This document shows, piece by piece, positions 25,348 through 34,605 of a DNA stretch of 64,000 nucleotides (position 1 is its first letter; each line of letters begins with the position of its first letter). The notes below the pieces were generated by a model. The model was not told the origin of the DNA. It ran no database searches and saw only the letters and a list, made by a program, of their open reading frames with translations. A program made the position numbers and the translations under genes. The stretch is from the NCBI GenBank assembly GCA_019308745.1, contig JAFDHO010000001.1, forward strand, positions 13,905 to 77,904, written 5' to 3'. The DNA comes from Deltaproteobacteria bacterium (GTDB lineage: Bacteria > Desulfobacterota > DSM-4660 > Desulfatiglandales > HGW-15).

Positions 25348-26235
25348 ATGAAAGGTGTTGCCAAACGCATAGCCAGCCATTTCAAGGAGGATCTGTTGGC
25401 CTCGGCGACGTCCCTGTGCCCCGGATGCCCGGCCGAACTCGCCGCAAGAGTCATGCTCAGGGTGCTGGGGAGAAATGTCATTACCTTCCGCACGCCCGGT
25501 TGCCAGCCCATTTTCATGACCAGGGTTGCCGGTATACCCTGCTTGATGACCAACATAGCATCGAGCATGACCGGTGCCAGCAGGTACCTCCGAAAGACGG
25601 GCAGAGAGGATGTCATATGTGTCTGCTTTGTGGGAGATGGGGCCACCGCAGATGTGGGTTTCCAGCCCCTTTCGGGGGCCGCCGCCAGAGGGGAGCATAT
25701 CCTCTACATATGCAATGACAACGAAGGATACATGAACACGGGTATACAGTGCAGTAGTGTGACTCCCCAGGGTTCCTGGACGAGCACCACCTGGATAGGG
25801 GAAAAGAGCCGCGGGAAGAGCAACGAAGGCAAATACATGCCCCTGATCATGCTCATGCACGGGGTGTCCTACGTGGCAACCGCGACCATGGCCTACTATG
25901 AAGATTACGTCCTCAAGCTGGAGAAGGCAAAAGAAGCGGTAAAGCGCGGTATGGCCTACATCCACCTCCACACCCCCTGTGCCACGGGGTGGAGGGCTCC
26001 CGTTGAAAAGGGGATAGAGATGAGCCGCCTGGCCGTTCAGACCAACTATTTTCCCCTCTGGGAGGCGGAAGATGGCAGGTTACGGTTGACCCACCGCGTC
26101 AAGAGACCCAATCCCCTCAAGGATCTTCTCAAGATGCAAAAGAGGTTTTCCCACATCACGGACCGGGAGCTGGAAGCATTACAACAAACCATTGATAAAC
26201 GACTGGCCCTTCTAGAAAGACTGGCTGAAGATTAG
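25348..26235 (+). CDS. 2-oxoacid:ferredoxin oxidoreductase, beta (TPP-binding) subunit
   Basis: CPGCPAELAAR and GDGATADVGFQ TPP-binding blocks. Confidence 0.85.
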   Translation: MKGVAKRIASHFKEDLLASATSLCPGCPAELAARVMLRVLGRNVITFRTPGCQPIFMTRVAGIPCLMTNIASSMTGASRYLRKTGREDVICVCFVGDGATADVGFQPLSGAAARGEHILYICNDNEGYMNTGIQCSSVTPQGSWTSTTWIGEKSRGKSNEGKYMPLIMLMHGVSYVATATMAYYEDYVLKLEKAKEAVKRGMAYIHLHTPCATGWRAPVEKGIEMSRLAVQTNYFPLWEAEDGRLRLTHRVKRPNPLKDLLKMQKRFSHITDRELEALQQTIDKRLALLERLAED

Positions 26236-26265
26236 GTCGTAGTGGGCCGCAGGGGGTTCCGCGGA

Positions 26266-28869
26266 ATGGATGTGATCTCAAAGGGTAGTGTTAAGGAGGA
26301 TAGGTGGCTCCGGACCATATGCACGGGATGTTATGCCCACTGCGCTGTCAGGGTCCATCGCATTGATGGAGTCGTGGTCAAAGTGGAGGGGGATCCTGAA
26401 TCCGTGAAGGGGGCCAAGGGCGGGGTGTGCGCCAAGTCCTCCTACATGATTCAAATGCTCTATCACCCCAAGAGGTTCAAGTACCCCGTGAGACGAACCA
26501 ATCCCAGGAAGGGGGTTGGCACGGATCCGGGATGGAAACGCATAACCTGGGATGAGGCCCTTGAGGAGATCACGGGGCGGCTCCTTAAGCTGAGAGATGC
26601 CGGCGAGACCTGGAAGATGCTCACTATTGGAGGTGTCGGCGCCCTCCCCCTGACATCGCCTCTTTTGGGCCAAACAGGCTGGAGGAACCTCTTCGGTTCC
26701 ATTAGCGGGGGGGCAGGACACTCTGTCCATTGCGGACAGGCCTCTCATCTTGGCGCAGGCATGAACCACTGCGCCTGGTCCGTGACACCGGACTTCAAAT
26801 ACTGCAACTATGCCATACACTTCGGGGCGAACAAGGGACTGGGGAGTGGCCATTCTGCAGCGATGTTGATGAGCCTCTCCGCGGAAGCACGGGCACGAGG
26901 TATGAAGGTCATTGCCTTTGACCCAATGTGCCACTTTGCAGGGGGTAAGGCCGATGAATGGTTGCCCCTTATTCCCGGCACGGACGGCATTATTGCCCTT
27001 GCTATGGCCAACGTTATCGTCAATGAATTGGGCGTCTACGATGTCGACCATCTGAAAACGAAGACCAACGCCCCTTACCTTGTCCTGCCTGACGGGCGCT
27101 ATGTGCGTGATGATACGGGCGAACCCATGATATGGGATTCCCCGGACCGTGTGCCCAAGGCGTGGAAGGATTCTTCAATAAAGGACCCTGCCCTCGAGGG
27201 TTCCTTTCAAGTCAATGGCCTAAAGTGCCGAACTGTGTTCTCTATGGTCAAAGAACACCTCACCCAGTATACCCCGGGCCAGGCTGAAGGAATCAGCACT
27301 GTCCCCGCATCGACCATAAAGCGCATTGCCACCGAGTTTGCTGAGAATGCCCGCATAGGCAGCACCATTGAGATCGAAGGGATAAGGTTTCCCTACAGAC
27401 CGGTTGCCGCCTTCATGTTCCGAGGGGGCCAGGGCCATACCAACGGCTTCCACAATTATCAGTCCGTGGACTTCCTGAACCAGCTCGTGGGGGCAGCCGA
27501 TGTGCCCGGCGGCGCCCTCGGGTGGCCCGCCAGAAGCCTGGGCTATCCGGGCACAGGCACGACTGCCTTTGAACCTGTAGCGAGTAAGGACGGTTTTCTC
27601 TTTTCCACCGCCTGGATGCCCATGCACGGCACGTGGCCGCACCCGGAGCCCAAGGAACCCGGGGACCCGGCCCTTTATGACATTTTCACGGCAGCCCCTC
27701 CCATGTCTACCATGCCTCTCAAATCGGACGCCCCCGAGATATGGAAGAAGTTTGGTTTTCCGGATGAACCCTTCGAATTCCTCCTGACCTTCTGGTCAAA
27801 TGCCGCCATGACCGCGGCGAACTTCGAGGTGTGGGAAAAGAGGTTCAAGAACCTGTATACCGTCTGTTCTGCTGCCGTGCCCACCGAGACAACCGAGTGG
27901 TTCGGGGATATCGTCCTTCCTGACGTGGTCGGCCTCGAGCTCGACAATTTTGTGCCTGGCGAGGCATACGTATTCAGTTACCCTATCGGCATGCTGGACT
28001 GGGAATACCATCCCATGCTCAGGATTGTGGAACCCGAGTACGAAAGAAGGTTCATCGGCGACACCTGCCTGGAACTCTGGGATAGACTCGACCTTCGTGA
28101 CAGGTATATGGACGTCATTGCCAGGTGGCTTGGCAGAACCGCCTGCCCCCGCCCTTGGCAGGCAGGTGAAAAACTCTCGTGGGATGAAATGACCGACAGG
28201 GTCTTGCGGGCGCGATTCGGGGATGAGCATGATCTCGAGTGGTTCCGCGATAACGGCTTCATGCGCTGGAAAAAGAGACCCGAGGAGGCTTACTGGCGAT
28301 GGCAGATCAATGCCAGGGCATCCATCTATCATGAGTGGCTGGTGGACCAGGGCGTAAAGGTGAAGAACATCTGCCAGCCCCGGGGCTACGAGCTGGATTG
28401 GAAACAGTATGTCCCTCTTATCAGCTATTTCCCGGCCGCCTCTCACCAAGCCAAGAGCGGCGATTTTGACCTGTTTGCATTCGGCTACAGGGATATATTG
28501 CACAACGCGTCCACGACCCAAGAAATCCCGTGGCTCTTTGAAGTGAGCGAGATGAATCCCTTCACCTTCAACGTGGTCATGAACAGCGAAACTGCCCGGG
28601 AAAAAGGCATTGAAGACATGGATGAGGCTTACCTGGAGAACGAGGCAGGCCAGAGAATCAAGGTGAAAATCCATACCACGGAGGGCATACATCCCCGTTG
28701 CATTGCCATGGCCCACGGCAGTTGTCACTGGCTTAAAGGGCATCCGGCGGAAGGAAAGTCCGGCCTCCTCAACGCCCTTTTCATGGTCGAGGACAAGTAC
28801 TTCTGTCCCATCTCCCAATCAATTGAAACGTCCGTGAGGGTGAAGGTATACAAGGGGGTGCATAGATAA
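26266..28869 (+). CDS. Cytoplasmic molybdo/tungstopterin oxidoreductase catalytic subunit (DMSO-reductase family), paralogue 1
   Basis: N-terminal CTGCYAHC...GGVCAK Fe-S motif with no twin-arginine signal. About 870 aa. ATG at 26266 (GTG at 26242 is an alternative). Confidence 0.8.
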   Translation: MDVISKGSVKEDRWLRTICTGCYAHCAVRVHRIDGVVVKVEGDPESVKGAKGGVCAKSSYMIQMLYHPKRFKYPVRRTNPRKGVGTDPGWKRITWDEALEEITGRLLKLRDAGETWKMLTIGGVGALPLTSPLLGQTGWRNLFGSISGGAGHSVHCGQASHLGAGMNHCAWSVTPDFKYCNYAIHFGANKGLGSGHSAAMLMSLSAEARARGMKVIAFDPMCHFAGGKADEWLPLIPGTDGIIALAMANVIVNELGVYDVDHLKTKTNAPYLVLPDGRYVRDDTGEPMIWDSPDRVPKAWKDSSIKDPALEGSFQVNGLKCRTVFSMVKEHLTQYTPGQAEGISTVPASTIKRIATEFAENARIGSTIEIEGIRFPYRPVAAFMFRGGQGHTNGFHNYQSVDFLNQLVGAADVPGGALGWPARSLGYPGTGTTAFEPVASKDGFLFSTAWMPMHGTWPHPEPKEPGDPALYDIFTAAPPMSTMPLKSDAPEIWKKFGFPDEPFEFLLTFWSNAAMTAANFEVWEKRFKNLYTVCSAAVPTETTEWFGDIVLPDVVGLELDNFVPGEAYVFSYPIGMLDWEYHPMLRIVEPEYERRFIGDTCLELWDRLDLRDRYMDVIARWLGRTACPRPWQAGEKLSWDEMTDRVLRARFGDEHDLEWFRDNGFMRWKKRPEEAYWRWQINARASIYHEWLVDQGVKVKNICQPRGYELDWKQYVPLISYFPAASHQAKSGDFDLFAFGYRDILHNASTTQEIPWLFEVSEMNPFTFNVVMNSETAREKGIEDMDEAYLENEAGQRIKVKIHTTEGIHPRCIAMAHGSCHWLKGHPAEGKSGLLNALFMVEDKYFCPISQSIETSVRVKVYKGVHR

Positions 28870-29513
28870 TGAGATGGGGCATGGTGATAGATCTCAAGAA
28901 ATGCGTCGGCTGCTATTCCTGCACCGTGTCCTGTAAGGAGGAGCACTTTTTGCCACCGGGCATTTTCTGGAACAGGGTTCTGATTGCCCACAAGGGGAAA
29001 TACCCGGTGGTTACCAAGGAGATTCTTCCGGTCCTCTGCAACCATTGCAAAGAAGCGGCATGCGTGGAGGTATGCCCCACCGGGGCCAGCCACAAGAGGG
29101 AGGACGGAATCGTGCTCGTGGATTCGGACATGTGCGTGGGTTGCAAGGCCTGTATCGTTGCCTGTCCTTACCAGCACAGGAGTTTTTTCAAGTCCTATAT
29201 GCCCTATTTTAAAGACAGCGGCTATACCCCGCCCGAGGAACTGGGCATGCGTCTTCAGCCTCTCCCAGAGGGCACTGCCGTGAAGTGCACCTTTTGCGTC
29301 GAAAAAATAGAGGATGGAATGAGCAAGGGCCTGATGCCGGGAGATGCCTTTGAGGCAACTCCCGCCTGCGTGACTGCCTGCCCAACCAACGCAAGGGTAT
29401 TCGGAGATATTGATGATCCCGAAAGTGAGGTATCCAACCTGATAAGGGCCAGAAAAGGAGTCCCATTCCACCCCGAGTTTGAAACGGAACCATCCGTATT
29501 CTACATAGAGTGA
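28869..29513 (+). CDS. Four-cluster Fe-S subunit (DmsB/PsrB type)
   Basis: TAATG overlap with the upstream gene. Contains CVGCYSCTVSC, CNHCKEAACVEVCP, CVGCKACIVACP and CTFC...ACVTACP. Confidence 0.85.
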   Translation: MRWGMVIDLKKCVGCYSCTVSCKEEHFLPPGIFWNRVLIAHKGKYPVVTKEILPVLCNHCKEAACVEVCPTGASHKREDGIVLVDSDMCVGCKACIVACPYQHRSFFKSYMPYFKDSGYTPPEELGMRLQPLPEGTAVKCTFCVEKIEDGMSKGLMPGDAFEATPACVTACPTNARVFGDIDDPESEVSNLIRARKGVPFHPEFETEPSVFYIE

Positions 29514-29578
29514 CCTCTTTGGCTCTGGATCCCAAGGACAGGCGCCCAAGAGCCTTTTGATCATGGAGGATAGCGAAT

Positions 29579-32194
29579 ATGCCAGGACCCCGATCCAATG
29601 GCGTAAACATAGAACAGGATGAATGGATCAACACCACTTGCGGTTGTTGCTATTGTGGCTGTGCCATAAGGGTTCGTCGTGTAAATGGTCTGCCCGTCAA
29701 GATAGAGGGGATCCCGGGCAGTACTATGGGCAGCCGAGGGATATGCGGGAAGGGGGTTGCCGGCCTCATGTATCATTACGACCCCAACCGCCTGAAAAAA
29801 CCACTGAAGAGGACCAACCCTGAAAAGGGCCTGGGTGTTGACCCGAAATGGAAGGAGATATCCTGGGGCGAGGCCCTGGAAGAGATCTCCGAGAGAATGA
29901 AGAGAATAATCCGGGATGACCCCTATAAGATCCTGATCAGCAACCAGACCCAGAGGGCGAGTGACGGACCGCACAATCACGTGATCAAATATGCCCATGC
30001 CTTCGGCCAGGATCCCCACATAGCCAACGGTTGCATTGTAACGGGAGGCTCAAGCCTTCATTGCGGCAATGCCGCCCACATGATGGGAGGCCTTATCCAT
30101 GCCTCATGGTCCGTGGCACCGGACTGGAGGTATACCAGGTATGTTATCAAGTTCGGGGCCAGCAAGGGGACCGGCTCAGGGCATTCGGCCATGACAAACG
30201 CCCGTTTGCGGGCAGAGGCCTTGGATCGGGGGGTCAAGGAGGTTGTCTTTGATCCCATGTGCAATTTTGCAGGAGGAAAGGCCATGGAATGGGTGCCGAT
30301 TCTGCCCGGAACAGACTCTGCCGTGGCCCTTGCCATGTGTAACCACATCCTCAATGTCATGAAGCAATACGACCTTCTTTATCTGAAGGCCAAAACAAAC
30401 CTGCCTTACCTGATAGGCGAAGACGGGACTTATGTCAGGGACCGGGACTCCGGTAAGCCACTGATCTTTGATGAAGGAGAGGGGAAAGTCAAGGTCTTCG
30501 ATGATCCTGTGGAAAGGCCTGAAGACTATGCCCTGGAAGGGGACTTTGACGTCTATGGCCTCAGATGTCGCCCGGCTTTCATGGCCTTGAAAGAGCACCT
30601 TCGGAACTATGAAATCCAATGGGCGTCAGAGGTGAGCACGGTCCCTGCCGAGACGATACGGCGTATAGCGGAGGAATGGGTTGAAAATGCCCAGATAGGC
30701 AGCACGATTACCATTGATGGCAAGTCCTTCCCCTACAGGCCCGTTTCTGCCGTCCTGTTCCGGGGCGGACAGGGTCATTCCAACGGGATCCACCAGGCCG
30801 CCGCCGTCGACCTCCTCAACGAACTTGTTGGGGCCGAGGACGTGCCCGGCGGAACTCTGGGGTGGCCTTCTATTCGGAGGGCCTATCCCGGGGGACACTA
30901 TGAGAGGAGATCAAGGGTCGGCCCCGACGGCGTGATTATTCCCGGTGTCTTCTACGGCCATGATCCATGGCCCCCGAGGAAACCCCGCGTTCCCCAAAAG
31001 AACGTGGGGTGTGTGGATTTCTGGCCCCATGCCACCTGTCCCCACATCGGCTATGTGAGGGAGAGGGAGGAGATATGGAAGAAGCTCGGAATGACCACAA
31101 AGCCGGAGATGATCATAGGTCCTGCCTCCAATTTCATCATCAGCAATTGTGACTGGGAGGATTCCGTCGCGTATTTCAAGGATATGTTTGTGGTCCTCTT
31201 TGATATATGGGTCAATGAGACGGACGAGGCAGTTGGTGATATCATCCTCCCCGACGTATGCTACCTGGAAAAGGACTGCTGGAGCAGCGGTATTGACTCC
31301 TACTTTTTCAGCCAGAGCCCTTCCTACGAAGATTGGTATGTCCATATGCAAAAGGCAGTCGCGCCACCCCCGGGCGAGGCAAGGTTCTTCATGGATGTCC
31401 TGCTTGAGATCGCCAAGAGGGCGGGGTTTCGGGACAGGTACTATGAAATCATGAACAGGCACTATAGCGTGGAAGATGAGGACTTAAAACTCAAGCCCGG
31501 TGAGGACCTTACCTGGAAAGAGATAGGGGAACGCTTCTTCAGGTGGATATATGGCAAAGATGCTGAAAAGGTCTGGGAACAGGGTTATGCCACCTGGAAG
31601 AAGCCGGTTGAGGATGTCTATTGGCGCTGGGAGATACCCTCAAGGGTCCCGGTTTACATGGAGTTCTTGATCCATTCAAAGCGCGAGGTCGAAAAGGTCT
31701 GCCGGCAAGTGGACCTGAGATTGCACCACGAACAATACACCCCGCTGCCCTCCTGGTTTTGGCCTGCCAGCTACATGGAACTTGATGAGGAATTCGACCT
31801 GATCGGCTTTTCCTACAGGGATATCCTTCACACAAACAATACCACCTACCAGAATCCCATGCTGGACGAAGTGAGCCATCTGTGCCCCTATACCTACACG
31901 GTGACCATCCACCCCAGCCTGGGGAAAAGGAAAGGAATCAAAGAGGGTGACCGGATCTGGATGGAAAACAGGTACGGCGCAAGGGAAAGAGGCGTCGTGA
32001 AATTCATGGAGGGTCAGCATCCCGCCACTCTCGGAATAGCGGGCCAGGGAGGTCTTGTAGCCAAAGGAAGGCCCATCGCAAAGAGAAAGGGCAGCAACTT
32101 CTGCAAGATCCTTCCCAATTACCTGAAGCATTATGATCCTGTGACGGGCAACATTGAAACGTCTGTGGCTCTCAAGATTTACAAGGAATCGTGA
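29579..32194 (+). CDS. Cytoplasmic molybdo/tungstopterin oxidoreductase catalytic subunit, paralogue 2
   Basis: N-terminal CGCCYCGC...GICGKG motif, no Tat signal. Alignable along its length with paralogue 1 (for example HCGNAAH versus HCGQASH, and FDPMCNFAGGKAMEW versus FDPMCHFAGGKADEW). Confidence 0.8.
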   Translation: MPGPRSNGVNIEQDEWINTTCGCCYCGCAIRVRRVNGLPVKIEGIPGSTMGSRGICGKGVAGLMYHYDPNRLKKPLKRTNPEKGLGVDPKWKEISWGEALEEISERMKRIIRDDPYKILISNQTQRASDGPHNHVIKYAHAFGQDPHIANGCIVTGGSSLHCGNAAHMMGGLIHASWSVAPDWRYTRYVIKFGASKGTGSGHSAMTNARLRAEALDRGVKEVVFDPMCNFAGGKAMEWVPILPGTDSAVALAMCNHILNVMKQYDLLYLKAKTNLPYLIGEDGTYVRDRDSGKPLIFDEGEGKVKVFDDPVERPEDYALEGDFDVYGLRCRPAFMALKEHLRNYEIQWASEVSTVPAETIRRIAEEWVENAQIGSTITIDGKSFPYRPVSAVLFRGGQGHSNGIHQAAAVDLLNELVGAEDVPGGTLGWPSIRRAYPGGHYERRSRVGPDGVIIPGVFYGHDPWPPRKPRVPQKNVGCVDFWPHATCPHIGYVREREEIWKKLGMTTKPEMIIGPASNFIISNCDWEDSVAYFKDMFVVLFDIWVNETDEAVGDIILPDVCYLEKDCWSSGIDSYFFSQSPSYEDWYVHMQKAVAPPPGEARFFMDVLLEIAKRAGFRDRYYEIMNRHYSVEDEDLKLKPGEDLTWKEIGERFFRWIYGKDAEKVWEQGYATWKKPVEDVYWRWEIPSRVPVYMEFLIHSKREVEKVCRQVDLRLHHEQYTPLPSWFWPASYMELDEEFDLIGFSYRDILHTNNTTYQNPMLDEVSHLCPYTYTVTIHPSLGKRKGIKEGDRIWMENRYGARERGVVKFMEGQHPATLGIAGQGGLVAKGRPIAKRKGSNFCKILPNYLKHYDPVTGNIETSVALKIYKES

Positions 32195-32198
32195 AGCA

Positions 32199-32225
32199 CC
32201 CCGTGCTTCTGCACGGGGCATTTTG
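32199..32225 (+). terminator. Intrinsic terminator
   Basis: CCCCGTGC (32199-32206), TTCT loop, GCACGGGG (32211-32218), followed by CATTTTGG. Lies 5 nt after the stop codon. Confidence 0.65.
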
Positions 32226-32299
32226 GCGATGGCGAGTGACTTCCGGAGCGTCTTTTTACACCCGGACCCGACTTTGTCTCGTGAGGAAAGGAGGCACTA

Positions 32300-33331
32300 A
32301 TGACCTTTAAGGTGGTAAATACCTTTGTTATTCCCGAAATCGATTACGGTGACAGCCTGCTGGACTCCGTGGACGCTGACATTGAAAGAGGCCTGTGGAC
32401 TGCCGAGGAAGACCTCATTTCCCATTGTCAAGACGCGGACGCGATCATATGTACGAGTCCCGCACAGGAATGGTCTGAAAAGGTCCTGGACTCTCTCGTC
32501 AGGTGCCGCATCATTGCAACCACGTCCATCGGGTATGACCGCATCCCCTTGGAGCCGGCCACGGAAAGGGCAATTGCGGTCACCAATATCCCCGATTACT
32601 GCGTGGACGAGGTCTCGAGCCAGGCTATCGCCCTCATGATGGCCCTGGCCCGAAAACTCTTTCCCCTGGACAGGGATGTCAGGGAGAGGCAAACTCATTT
32701 CACGCCTGGAAATAGGGAAGCAGTCAGGGATATTCTCCACCCCATCCTTAGGACCCGGGATCAGGTCCTGGGAATAATCGGATTTGGGAAGATAGGCACT
32801 GCCGTGGCCCTCAAGGCAAAAGGGATAGGCATGAGGGTCATTGCTTACGACCCTTACGTGTTTGGTGCCGTCATGCAGACTCACGGAGTCCAGCCTGTGG
32901 ACCTGGACACCCTCCTGAGAGATTCGGACATCATCAGTATCAATGCCAATCTCACAAGTGAAACCCGGCACATGATTGACGAGGAGGCCTTCAAGAAGAT
33001 GAAGCCCACCTGCTACCTCGTCAATACCGCAAGGGGTGGAATCGTTGACCAGGACGCCCTGATCAGGGCGCTTCAAGAAGGGATGATCGCCGGGGCCGGG
33101 CTTGACGTGCTTGCCGTTGAGCCTGTTCCGGCACAAGATCCCCTCCTCAGGATGCCCAATGTCATTCTCACGGGGCACTCTGCCTGGTACTCCACGGCCT
33201 CCGACTCCGAAGCCGAATACTGGCACAAGGCCATGGGTCAGGTCATCATGGCCCTGAAGGGCCGCTTTCCCACCTATACCGTCAATCCGGAAGTGAAAAA
33301 AGAGTGGCTCACAAAATGGGGAACGACTTGA
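32300..33331 (+). CDS. D-isomer-specific 2-hydroxyacid dehydrogenase (NAD-binding)
   Basis: GIIGFGKIGTAVALKAKGIGMRVIAYDP Rossmann motif, NTARGGIVDQDAL, LDVLAVEP and LTGHSAW catalytic-His region. Confidence 0.85.
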   Translation: MTFKVVNTFVIPEIDYGDSLLDSVDADIERGLWTAEEDLISHCQDADAIICTSPAQEWSEKVLDSLVRCRIIATTSIGYDRIPLEPATERAIAVTNIPDYCVDEVSSQAIALMMALARKLFPLDRDVRERQTHFTPGNREAVRDILHPILRTRDQVLGIIGFGKIGTAVALKAKGIGMRVIAYDPYVFGAVMQTHGVQPVDLDTLLRDSDIISINANLTSETRHMIDEEAFKKMKPTCYLVNTARGGIVDQDALIRALQEGMIAGAGLDVLAVEPVPAQDPLLRMPNVILTGHSAWYSTASDSEAEYWHKAMGQVIMALKGRFPTYTVNPEVKKEWLTKWGTT

Positions 33332-33504
33332 ACACCCCAAGCGCCTCAGACGTGCCCGGCCTTCATTGACGGGAAGCCTGCTCTCTGACCCCTCTTTGGC
33401 CCAATGGCCCTGAGCCCGGTCGAAGAGGAAACGGACGCACCAGATTCCCGCGGCCCTTCCTTGGGCTGCTTTTTCCGGCCATCCGGATGACTCAAACGGG
33501 CAGC

Positions 33505-34068
33505 TTACTCCCGCGGCTTACATATTATTTCGAGTATCCGTGTGTCAAAGAAGTTATGCGTGTTCGCTGCCTTCAGGACAACGGCCGTATCAGCCCCCTT
33601 GGCGCTGCCGCCTATGGCGATGACTTCCTTCCCCGAGGCTACCAGTCCAGCGTCCACCGCCATGCACGTGACCTCGCACCCTACCTTCACACCGGAGCCA
33701 AAGAGCCTCAATACTTGGGCGATCAGTTCATCCACCTGGATGGCTCCGAACTTGTTTTTGACCGCCCTTCCAAGCATCCCGAAGGCATGACCCGCAAAGA
33801 TGATCTTCCCTCCGTTTTTCTCGATCACCGCACGGTTCTTGTCGAGCAATCGAACCTTGTTGGGCTCCCTGAAACCGACCACCCCTGCCACAACCACGAA
33901 GTTGTATCCCTTGAAGACCTCGGATGCCCTGGCCCCGGTATCTCCACTCAATGAAGCAACCACAACATCCTCGAGCCCAAGGGCATCCGCCCGCTCCTTT
34001 GCCAGTTCCAGGGTCCCGACTGTATTCTCCGGACCTCGCTTTTCGAAATATACAGTACGTACTTCCAT
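33505..34068 (-). CDS. Pyruvate-kinase C-terminal (alpha/beta) domain-like protein
   Basis: 187 aa. VYFEKRGPENTVGTLELAKERADALGLEDVVVASLSGDTG resembles stand-alone PK_C-like proteins. Confidence 0.55.
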   Translation of the reverse strand: MEVRTVYFEKRGPENTVGTLELAKERADALGLEDVVVASLSGDTGARASEVFKGYNFVVVAGVVGFREPNKVRLLDKNRAVIEKNGGKIIFAGHAFGMLGRAVKNKFGAIQVDELIAQVLRLFGSGVKVGCEVTCMAVDAGLVASGKEVIAIGGSAKGADTAVVLKAANTHNFFDTRILEIICKPRE

Positions 34069-34570
34069 AGACTTTAGCCCCCTTTCTTTTCTTCATCTCC
34101 CATTATTCCCACGCATCGAATTTATGAATTCGCAAAAGGTCAAAATTGAGATGGCAAAGTAAAGAGCTTCAAGCAAGGTTCAAGTGGAGCTTGCGCAATC
34201 CCGTTATCGGGAGCGCGCGAATCTCACGTGATCCCCGCCGAACGAACCGGGAAATCACAACGAGATGAAGCGTAACGCGGATCACCAGACCCGCCCTGCG
34301 AGGAACTGGACCTCTTACGAAGCCGTCAAATTGGTTGAAAATACTTCTCTCTCAAACCCCTTTTCTATCTGCTTGCTTGTCCGTGCTAATGAAGGCCATT
34401 TGTTCCATGTCATCCCAAGTGGATCCCTTGGAGACCTATACGACGAAGCGGTAAAAAAGTCAAACGCAATGGAGCAGGATCCAAGGCAACAGGTTGGTTG
34501 CCGACCGACAATTTCATCTTTCTATGCATCATTCTTGAAATACCAGAGACGCCCATCTCGCCTTGCCTTC

Positions 34571-34599
34571 TTGACATCTGCAAAAAAAGCCTCTAATGT
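34571..34599 (+). promoter_or_regulatory. Strong sigma70-type promoter TTGACA-N17-TAATGT
   Basis: TTGACA at 34571-34576, exact 17-bp spacer, TAATGT at 34594-34599. Confidence 0.55.
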
Positions 34600-34605
34600 G
34601 GACTC

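Noticed and set aside
32297-33340. A 347-aa minus-strand ORF that almost exactly mirrors the 343-aa plus-strand ORF.
   Set aside because: Only the plus strand shows the GxGxxG Rossmann motif, the RGG...D block and the catalytic His region of D-2-hydroxyacid dehydrogenases. A plus-strand terminator and RBS context also fit.
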